Shown one piece after another: positions 37,418 to 44,536 of a stretch of 64,000 bases of DNA. Numbering within the stretch: position 1 is the first letter of the stretch; the number at the start of each line of letters is the position of its first letter. The stretch comes from an uncultured bacterium (GTDB taxonomy: Bacteria; Acidobacteriota; Thermoanaerobaculia; Multivoradales; J023). The notes under the pieces are model-generated. The model saw only the letters and a program-made list of their open reading frames with translations, ran no database searches and was not told where the DNA came from. Location of the stretch: assembly GCA_937948815.1 (NCBI GenBank), contig CALFAM010000329.1, positions 33-64,032 of the forward strand. The letters are read 5' to 3'. The translations under genes and the position numbers were made by a program.

Positions 37418-38238
37418 CCAAAAAAGATTCGCACCTGCCGTTCGCTCAAGATGGCGACATCGAGCAGGGCCAAAAAGTCGATGGTCTTGAATCCGCGGTC
37501 GATAGCGGGCCCGCTGCACACGGTCGCGCCATGCCGTAGATACGTTCGAAACAACCTGGGGATTTGGATTTCCTCCAGGGGCACCGGAGCGTCGCTCGCC
37601 GGGCAAGCATAGCCTGGCATCGGGGCCAGACGGATCTCAGGATGGAGGTGGTCGTGGGCTGCGAGCCACTGCATGGTGCCCCAGCCCTCATGGGGGTTCT
37701 GGCTGGTCAGTGAACAGCAGCCAAAGAGAAAACGCAGGCGGTTGGCGGCCACGTAGTGTGCCAGGCCCTTCCAGAGAAGGAACAGAACGATGGTGTTCCG
37801 GTGACCGTTGGCAATGCAGGCGCGTCCGAGCTCGACCGCTTGCTCGGTGACGGACTGTGGCATGTCGGCGAAGTCGAAGACGGTCGCGGAATAGAGCCCT
37901 TCCCGCTCACTGGCGCGGGCCGCGGGTTGCAGTCGGTAGGTCCCGACCACCTCACCTGTCGAGCGATCTTCCACCATCAGGTGGTGGCATGCACTGTCGA
38001 AGCGGTCGTGGTCGCGTCCGGTTTCGAACGATGTTGCGAGCCCTTCGCCGAGCTCCAGGTTGAAGACCTCGAAGCGTAGGCGCAACACGGCGTCGACATC
38101 TTCCGAGCTGTGCGCGAAGCGGGCGACATAGCGGCCCTTCTCGATGACCGCGTCTGGGAGCTCAGCGGCCGAGAGCTCGCATTCTCCTGGGGCTTGGGGA
38201 TCGAGGCCTTCTGGGCTGAGATCGATGCCTGGCTTCAT
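37414..38238 (-). CDS. GNAT N-acyltransferase of the OlsB / N-acyl amino acid synthase type (Acetyltransf_5-like)
   Basis: ARFAHSSEDVDAVLRLRFEVFNLELGEG....GRDHDRFDSACHHLMVEDRSTGEVVGTYRLQ matches the family signature (E..A.RLRY.VF..E.G......D.D.FD..C.HL.V.......VVGTYRL). Confidence 0.8.
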   Translation of the reverse strand: MKPGIDLSPEGLDPQAPGECELSAAELPDAVIEKGRYVARFAHSSEDVDAVLRLRFEVFNLELGEGLATSFETGRDHDRFDSACHHLMVEDRSTGEVVGTYRLQPAARASEREGLYSATVFDFADMPQSVTEQAVELGRACIANGHRNTIVLFLLWKGLAHYVAANRLRFLFGCCSLTSQNPHEGWGTMQWLAAHDHLHPEIRLAPMPGYACPASDAPVPLEEIQIPRLFRTYLRHGATVCSGPAIDRGFKTIDFLALLDVAILSERQVRIFFG

Positions 38239-38310
38239 TGCATAGCCTCTTGGGCGAGGTCGGCCTGGGCGGATCCGTGCGCGCTCAGCGAGGTCGAACG
38301 TGAGGCGTCA

Positions 38311-38343
38311 ACACGTGGCGCGAACACGTGACGCGAACACGGG
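38311..38343. repeat. 13-bp direct repeats with CACGTG cores: ACACGTGGCGCGA / ACACGTGACGCGA / ACACGGG
   Basis: Read directly, 73-105 nt upstream of the GNAT start. On the minus strand the repeats abut a TTGACG hexamer (38311-38306). Confidence 0.8.
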
Positions 38344-38385
38344 GGGCAAGGCAGCACCGAAGCGAGTGCCGCCCTGGACTCGTCC

Positions 38386-39150
38386 TCAGAGCCGCTCGAT
38401 GGCGCTCGGATCGGCACGCAGGATCCACTGATCGCCGACCTGGACGACTTCGCCGGTGATCGCCACGGTCTCTGCGACCCATCCGAGCACCTCCTGGTTG
38501 ATCGTGCTCCCGTCTGCTCCCACCAGCAGAAGGTACGTGCCCACGCCATCCTGGTTTCGCTGTACGAAGAGCGGAGGAATGCCGCCGCGGATACACAGCG
38601 AAGCGCAGGCGCGATGAGGTTTCGTCGACCCGGGCTTCATGACGCCGAGGTAGCACTTGCTGTCGACGATCTCGCCACGCAGCGTCATCGTACCGTGAGC
38701 AACCTCGTCTGGGCCACGCTGCACGGCGCCCGCGACTGCCTCGACACTGCCGTCGACGACCTCCAGCATGGTCTGGTCATCTCGGTAGATCAGGGTGCCT
38801 TCCAGTTGGACACGCTGTCCCACGACGTCCGCGACCATCGGACCTGCACCGAATTTGCCCGCGGCGACCAGGTAATAGCGTGAGGAGCCACCGCCGGGCC
38901 GGTCGACCAGCAGCAGTGGGTGCGGGTCGACGACCACCGTACCTGCGAAGGTGCGGACGTTGCCGAATTCGAAGAAGGCGACGTCGAACGTGTGTTGGGC
39001 GGCAGCGAGCACGACCGCCAGAAGCGGTGCCAGCACGAGCAAGCCGATGACACCCTTGCGGACGTGGGTCGCGATCGGCCGCGGCGCGGTCGGTAGGTAG
39101 CCGATGTAGAAGGGGTCCTGAGACGCGTTGGTTGGAATCTGCTCAGCCAT
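38386..39150 (-). CDS. Membrane-anchored hypothetical protein with a C-X14-C-X3-C motif
   Basis: ATG 39150 overlaps the upstream stop by 8 nt (ATGGCTGA). TM GVIGLLVLAPLLAVVLAAA. The extracytoplasmic part contains KCYLGVMKPGSTKPHRACASLCIRGG. Confidence 0.65.
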   Translation of the reverse strand: MAEQIPTNASQDPFYIGYLPTAPRPIATHVRKGVIGLLVLAPLLAVVLAAAQHTFDVAFFEFGNVRTFAGTVVVDPHPLLLVDRPGGGSSRYYLVAAGKFGAGPMVADVVGQRVQLEGTLIYRDDQTMLEVVDGSVEAVAGAVQRGPDEVAHGTMTLRGEIVDSKCYLGVMKPGSTKPHRACASLCIRGGIPPLFVQRNQDGVGTYLLLVGADGSTINQEVLGWVAETVAITGEVVQVGDQWILRADPSAIERL

Positions 39151-40210
39151 GACGGCCTCCCGCGCTTTCCGTGCCGTGAATCGGCGCCGGCTGGACGGCG
39201 GTCCCCGGCGGGTTCGGGCGTGGATCAATGAAGACACGTCCGTTTGCGACCCGCACGTTGAAGGTGGCTACCTTCTCCGTGAAGGGTGCTGGTGCCCTGC
39301 CATTCGCCGGCTCGTACTGGAAGCCGTGCCAGGGACAGACCACACACCCGTCGACGATCTTGCCCTCGCCCAGCGGGCCGTTCTGGTGCTTGCACACACT
39401 GGAGAGCGCAGAGATCTTGCCGTCATACTGGTAGACCGCGACCCGCTCGTCTGCCACGGACACCAGCTTGGCGCGCTTCTCGGGAATCTCGGATACGGCG
39501 CAGACCTCGAGAAAGCCGTCCGTGCTCCGTGGCCCGCGGAGGGGCTGATCTCCCGCTCGCTCCCGCCAGCCGGTCACCAGGTGGAGCGCCAGCAGCCAGA
39601 CCATGCCAGCACCCAGCAAGGCGACCAGCACGGGATGGGTCTCGACCTGCAAGACCCCGAGCGCCACGTGCATCACGATCGCCGCGTAGGCGACGTAGAC
39701 CATCATGTGCAGAGATTTCCACACCGGTGGGCTGAGGTTGGCCAGCCAGAAGTCGTGGCTGGTCGCCGCCATCAGGAAGAGGATGGCCAGGGCGAGCAAG
39801 CCGAGAGGCTGAAAGGGAAACTGGGCGAGGCTGTCGTACCGGCTGTTGCCGAGAAGTACGTTGACCAGCGGATTGAGCGAGCCGAGAACATGAAACTGCA
39901 CCGTGGCGAAGCCGCCGTGGGCCAGCGCCAGTACGAACATGGCGATGCCGAGGTGCCGCCGGTTGTACAGCAGAGGCAAGAAGCGGCGGTCCAGTCGGCA
40001 CAAAGGGCCGATTGACAGGATGATGTGGAGCAGGAGAAGCGCCCCCGTGCCGAAGGCTCGGATCAGCGCACTCTCGACGGTGATCTCTGGCTGAAGCGCC
40101 ATGCTTCCGGCTACGAAGGCAGCGATGTAGAGAACGATGCCCCCGACCAGCGTCAGGTCGTAGACTTTTTTCTGGCGATTCCAGCCGACGGCCTGGTACG
40201 ACTCGCTCAT
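39143..40210 (-). CDS. Ferric-reductase-type (MsrQ/YedZ-like) six-TM domain fused to a C-terminal Rieske [2Fe-2S] domain
   Basis: Six hydrophobic spans with conserved His (LLLHIILSIGP, RRHLGIAMFVLALAHG, AAIVMHVALG). Rieske motif CKH-X16-CPWH. Confidence 0.85.
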   Translation of the reverse strand: MSESYQAVGWNRQKKVYDLTLVGGIVLYIAAFVAGSMALQPEITVESALIRAFGTGALLLLHIILSIGPLCRLDRRFLPLLYNRRHLGIAMFVLALAHGGFATVQFHVLGSLNPLVNVLLGNSRYDSLAQFPFQPLGLLALAILFLMAATSHDFWLANLSPPVWKSLHMMVYVAYAAIVMHVALGVLQVETHPVLVALLGAGMVWLLALHLVTGWRERAGDQPLRGPRSTDGFLEVCAVSEIPEKRAKLVSVADERVAVYQYDGKISALSSVCKHQNGPLGEGKIVDGCVVCPWHGFQYEPANGRAPAPFTEKVATFNVRVANGRVFIDPRPNPPGTAVQPAPIHGTESAGGRHG

Positions 40211-40731
40211 GACGGGTTCTCCCCGGGCGCGCCGTCCTCGTTGGCGGGCGGTTCGACCGACGAACCCGCAGGGATCGTCAATGCGCCCTGATCGAGGACT
40301 TCCTGGTGCCCCAGGCTGTAGAGGATGATGCGGCCATTGGTGGCCTCGGAAGGGAGAGGGTAAGCAGTGTTGCGCAGCGGACCGAGCAGCCTGGCGCCGG
40401 ATGGCAGGCCGTCCGCCGCCGCCGCATCCGCGGAAGGCGTGCCTGACAGCCAGTAGATCAGTGTGTCGGGCGTGCGAACCGCGGCGCTCGGGGTCACGGC
40501 GAGCAGCCGGCCGCCGTTCGACGTGTCGAAGACGCGGACGGAGGCGTCGACGGTCGAAAAGAGGTCCGGGCGTTCGACCAGCAGCTGGCCGAGGCTCTCG
40601 GACTCCACTGCCTCAGAGGCGCGACTCGAGTCGCCGGGGCGCGCGCCGATGGCCAGCGCGACGGCCACGGGCAGCAGCACGGCCAACATGACGAACATGT
40701 GGAAATGGCGGCGTCGAAGCGGCGCGATCAT
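40207..40731 (-). CDS. Membrane-anchored hypothetical protein
   Basis: ATGA overlaps at both ends (40728-40731 and 40207-40210). One N-terminal TM (FVMLAVLLPVAVALAIG). Confidence 0.6.
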   Translation of the reverse strand: MIAPLRRRHFHMFVMLAVLLPVAVALAIGARPGDSSRASEAVESESLGQLLVERPDLFSTVDASVRVFDTSNGGRLLAVTPSAAVRTPDTLIYWLSGTPSADAAAADGLPSGARLLGPLRNTAYPLPSEATNGRIILYSLGHQEVLDQGALTIPAGSSVEPPANEDGAPGENPS

Positions 40732-40973
40732 GCGTTGTCTCCGGGAGAGGGTGTCGCGCGCAGCCACCGCACGAGCAAGAACGGCCACAAGGCAGCCGCG
40801 CCCGGCACGATCAGAATGCGAAATCCCCACGTCGCCTCGGCAGCGGACGGATCGATCGCGCGCGCGCCGCGCCATGCGAATGCGAGCGCGAACAGCAGGC
40901 CGATCGCCAGGTAGATGGTGGTGAAGCTCACCAGCCCGGTTGCCAGGCTGGTCGCGAGCGAGGAATCTGTCAT
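40728..40973 (-). CDS. Small two-TM membrane protein (81 aa)
   Basis: GGAGA 6 nt before ATG 40973. Two hydrophobic spans. First gene of the coupled operon. Confidence 0.5.
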   Translation of the reverse strand: MTDSSLATSLATGLVSFTTIYLAIGLLFALAFAWRGARAIDPSAAEATWGFRILIVPGAAALWPFLLVRWLRATPSPGDNA

Positions 40974-41030
40974 CCGCGTCTCCGTCGGGTCATTGGGCGT
41001 GGCTTCGTGCTGCGCCGTTGCATTTTCACT

Positions 41031-41040
41031 ATTGCGCAAT
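41031..41040. promoter_or_regulatory. Perfect 10-bp palindrome ATTGCGCAAT
   Basis: Read directly, 58 nt upstream of the start at 40973, in the 450-bp divergent intergenic region. Confidence 0.25.
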
Positions 41041-41425
41041 CGCCGTCCGAGGTTACAGGAGGGTATTCGGCTCCGCTGGCGAGACGGATCGAATCTGCAA
41101 GAATCGGGCGTGCCGGACCGCCCTTCCGGCACCCTCTGCGAGTCACGGGACGAGTCCCCGTCGATTGGGCGCTCGGTGGAGCACGGCTGGCGTCTGAGTC
41201 TCCTGCTTCGTCCAGCTCTGCGATCGACTCATACACTCCTCGCCACGCCACAGCCCGAATCACCAAGAGGCTTGCGAAGGACCGTGGTAGCTTTTGGACT
41301 CATATGTGCAGACTTTAAGAGGCTCCACCGAGCAGTGCGCCCATTCAACATCCAGGATCGTTGGTCAGAGTTGAGTAAGCTCCGGTGCGACCCGACACAC
41401 ACCCTTCGGTGCAAGGAGGATTGCA

Positions 41426-41992
41426 ATGTCCCGTAGTTCCCGAACTGCCGGCCTGATCGCTGCGGCGCTGCTCGCCAGCGCAGCGGCTGTGCAGGCCCAG
41501 GCCCCAGCGGCAACCGAGTTCCGGCCCGCGACTCCCGAAGAAGCTCAGGTACGGTCGATCGCCCCCGGTGAGCGCGCTGTTCCTTCCGCCCTCGCCTATC
41601 AGGCACGCTGTGACGAGAAACCAATGCGTACCGCGACCGTCTCGCTCAACTGGACCGCGACGTCAGGCGAGGGGGTCGTCGGCCAGCGAGTCGATATCAG
41701 CAAGTTTCCCGAGGGCTTCGCCACCGGGCGTTTCGAGACCACCGGAGCAATCGATGCGGCGCAGTCGACGGCTGCCGTTGCTGGACCGGAGCCGGGTCTC
41801 TCGTACTACTGGCGTGTCTGGACCATGACCGCGGATGGCGGCATTACCAGTCGCGTCGAGCGCTTCGACGTCCCCACCTGCCCCGCGGACTCGACGGGTC
41901 TCGACCCGAATGACTATCGCCCGACGGGTGCCGCTGCGGCGGGTGCCGGCTCGGACAAGGCGAACACCGACAACCCGGCCTCTTCCCGCTAG
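41426..41992 (+). CDS. Secreted hypothetical protein
   Basis: AAGGAGG before the ATG. Signal peptide MSRSSRTAGLIAAALLASAAAVQAQA. The C-terminus is low-complexity. Confidence 0.65.
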   Translation: MSRSSRTAGLIAAALLASAAAVQAQAPAATEFRPATPEEAQVRSIAPGERAVPSALAYQARCDEKPMRTATVSLNWTATSGEGVVGQRVDISKFPEGFATGRFETTGAIDAAQSTAAVAGPEPGLSYYWRVWTMTADGGITSRVERFDVPTCPADSTGLDPNDYRPTGAAAAGAGSDKANTDNPASSR

Positions 41993-42022
41993 TCCGGGCT
42001 TCGGACGGAAAGGAATCTCAAC

Positions 42023-44440
42023 GTGTTGAATGCTCATGAGCTTTCGCAGCCGAAGGGCGCTCGTGCCTCGGTCTGCACGATTCTCTCCATTGCGGCACTG
42101 GCGCTCCTCACCAGCCCAGTCGTCGCGCAGGTGACGTGGGAAGACGTCAATCCCGACTTCACCGATACCCACGGTATCGACCCGGATCGCGCCAGTGGTG
42201 GTCGCGTCAATCGCCTGGCCATCGAAGCCGGCAACAACTCGGTCATGTACGCCGCGAGTGAATGGGGCGGCATGTACAAAAGCACGGACGCTGGTCTGAC
42301 CTGGGGACGCCTCGACGGCCATCTGCCAGTCGCGGCCTGGGACGTCGAGATCGATCCGGGCAATCCTTCGAAGGTCTACGCCACGTCCTTCTTCGATGGC
42401 AAGGCGGCCTCGGTCTCGGGTATCAACGTCAGCTCCGATGGCGGTGCCACCTGGACCCACCCGGCCTCGGCCAATCCGCCCGCCGGCTTCTGTCAGAACC
42501 TGCGCGACGAGACCGAGCTGACTGCCTTCGGCATCTCGGTGCACCCAACGAACAACGCGATCGTCTACATCGGTACGAGCTGCGGTCTCGCCAAGAGCAC
42601 GGACGCGGGCGCGACGTGGGAGTACATCGATCCCTCGCTGACGCCGGGTACCGCGACGCGGGTGTGGGATGTCATCGCCCGACCGGGCGGCGTGGTCCAC
42701 GTTTGCGGCAATGATGGCTACCTGCGTTCGGACAACGGCGGAACCTCGTGGGTCCAGGGCACCGGCCTGCCAGGCGGGCGTTGCAACCTCGCGATGTCGC
42801 CGGACGAGGACTACGTCCTCCTCGCGGCGGTCGGTACCTCGATCTACGAGACCACCAACGCCAACTCCGCGACACCCATGTGGACCCAGACGCGCCAGAA
42901 CCTCTCGCCCCAGGGCCGCGTGCCCTTCGTGGAGACCAACCAGCGATCTGACAATGGCGCTGACAACGTCTTCGATCTCTGGTTCGGCGATGTGTCACTC
43001 TGGCGTGTGGGCTGCACCACGCCGACTCCGCCGGCGCCGGGCGGCGCTCCGCGCTGCGGTACTGCCAATGTGCCGGCATGGGCGGGGCCCTTCACCCGCA
43101 CGGTCGGCGGTCATGACGACATGGGCGACGTCATCTTCGACTCCGAGGCTGCCAACGATGCCTGCCCGGTCTTGATGTCGTCCGACGGTGGCGTCTACTT
43201 CAACGCCGACTCCACGGCGGATTGCCACAACCCGAACTGGGATGAGCCGAATGTCACGCCGCATGGTCTCTGGCCGTTCTCGATGTCGGGCAACGACCGC
43301 CCGGGCGCGGCTGAGGATCTCTACTTCGGCAACCAGGACAACGGCCTGTTCGGAACGATCGACATCTCCGATCCCTCGCCAACCTGGCACAACGAGCTAT
43401 GCTGCGACGGTTTCGATACCGCGGGTGACGATGATGGTGCGATCTTCTCGATCTGCTGCTTCGGCGGCGGCGGGCGCTCGACCCAGCTCGTGCGCACGCA
43501 GCCCGGTTTCGTGAATGGTGCGACCGTTACCGCCGGCAACTACCCGCCCGGCGGCTTGCTGCCGACCTTCAACATTCCGGACTCGATCGTCCGCTACAAC
43601 GATTCGAGCTATGTGTTGATCACCCGTGATTGCACGGTGGGTGCTGGTGGCTGTCTGGGTGCCGATGGCGGGGTCTTCATCACCGACGACATCGATGCCG
43701 GATCGGTCACCTGGACCGAGCTCGGCAATGCCACCGAGCCGCCGACCAACCAGGTCTGCGGCGTCCAGGTTGGCGTCAATGGCGGCGGTACCCCGACCTT
43801 CTACGTACAGACCGGCGACTGCGACCAGCAGGGTGCCGCGGACCGTATGTTCCGCTACACGGGCACGGCGCCGGGCAATGCCTGGACGGAGATCACCTTG
43901 CCCGCGGGTGGCTTCGGCTTCCTGGCGGCCAACCCGTCGAATCCGAATCGTTTGATCGCTTCGGGCCAGACCGGCACCGACGCGGCGATGTTCTCGTCGA
44001 CCGATGGCGGCACCACCTGGACCGCCATGCCCGCGCTCGATGCCCTGATGAACGGTGGCGGCGACTTCCCGATGCGGAACTTCCGTGGACCGTCGCGTTT
44101 CACCGGCTTCAATGGCTACTGGCAGCCGAGTTTCGCGGCGTTCGATCCGGACACCCCCACCATCTTGGCCGGCGGCCAGGACTCGGGTGTGTTCATGAGC
44201 ACGGATGACGGCGCGAATTGGACCTTGGTCTCGGATCCGCGCACGTCGGATACCTCTGGTACACCGCACATTCCGCGCCCGCGCTACGGCTACTTCGACA
44301 CCGAGGGCGGCGTCACGACGTTCTACATCGGCAGCCAGGGCCGCGGCATCTGGCGCGGTACGGTCGGCGTGGTGGTGGACATCTTCGCGGACAACTTCGA
44401 GTCTGGCGATACCTCGGCCTGGTCGGCCACCATTCCGTAA
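42023..44440 (+). CDS. Secreted BNR/Asp-box repeat beta-propeller protein (sialidase / GH74 / Sortilin-Vps10-like fold)
   Basis: Six SxDxGxTW Asp-boxes (STDAGLTW, SSDGGATW, STDAGATW, SDNGGTSW, STDGGTTW, STDDGANW). Signal-like N-terminus. GTG start. Confidence 0.8.
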   Translation: MLNAHELSQPKGARASVCTILSIAALALLTSPVVAQVTWEDVNPDFTDTHGIDPDRASGGRVNRLAIEAGNNSVMYAASEWGGMYKSTDAGLTWGRLDGHLPVAAWDVEIDPGNPSKVYATSFFDGKAASVSGINVSSDGGATWTHPASANPPAGFCQNLRDETELTAFGISVHPTNNAIVYIGTSCGLAKSTDAGATWEYIDPSLTPGTATRVWDVIARPGGVVHVCGNDGYLRSDNGGTSWVQGTGLPGGRCNLAMSPDEDYVLLAAVGTSIYETTNANSATPMWTQTRQNLSPQGRVPFVETNQRSDNGADNVFDLWFGDVSLWRVGCTTPTPPAPGGAPRCGTANVPAWAGPFTRTVGGHDDMGDVIFDSEAANDACPVLMSSDGGVYFNADSTADCHNPNWDEPNVTPHGLWPFSMSGNDRPGAAEDLYFGNQDNGLFGTIDISDPSPTWHNELCCDGFDTAGDDDGAIFSICCFGGGGRSTQLVRTQPGFVNGATVTAGNYPPGGLLPTFNIPDSIVRYNDSSYVLITRDCTVGAGGCLGADGGVFITDDIDAGSVTWTELGNATEPPTNQVCGVQVGVNGGGTPTFYVQTGDCDQQGAADRMFRYTGTAPGNAWTEITLPAGGFGFLAANPSNPNRLIASGQTGTDAAMFSSTDGGTTWTAMPALDALMNGGGDFPMRNFRGPSRFTGFNGYWQPSFAAFDPDTPTILAGGQDSGVFMSTDDGANWTLVSDPRTSDTSGTPHIPRPRYGYFDTEGGVTTFYIGSQGRGIWRGTVGVVVDIFADNFESGDTSAWSATIP

Positions 44441-44492
44441 GCCTTTACGGACGCTTCAGGAGCCGGTCACCGCACCGGCTTTGTGACGCGAG

Positions 44493-44536
44493 AAACGTCC
44501 CCTTGCGAGCTCTCTCGCAAGGGGACGTTTTGTTTT
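44493..44536 (+). terminator. Rho-independent terminator: perfect 17-bp stem, 4-nt loop, T-tract
   Basis: AAACGTCCCCTTGCGAG-ctct-CTCGCAAGGGGACGTTT followed by TGTTTT. It abuts the stop of the convergent gene at 44535. A second 7-bp hairpin is at 44461-44480. Confidence 0.8.
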
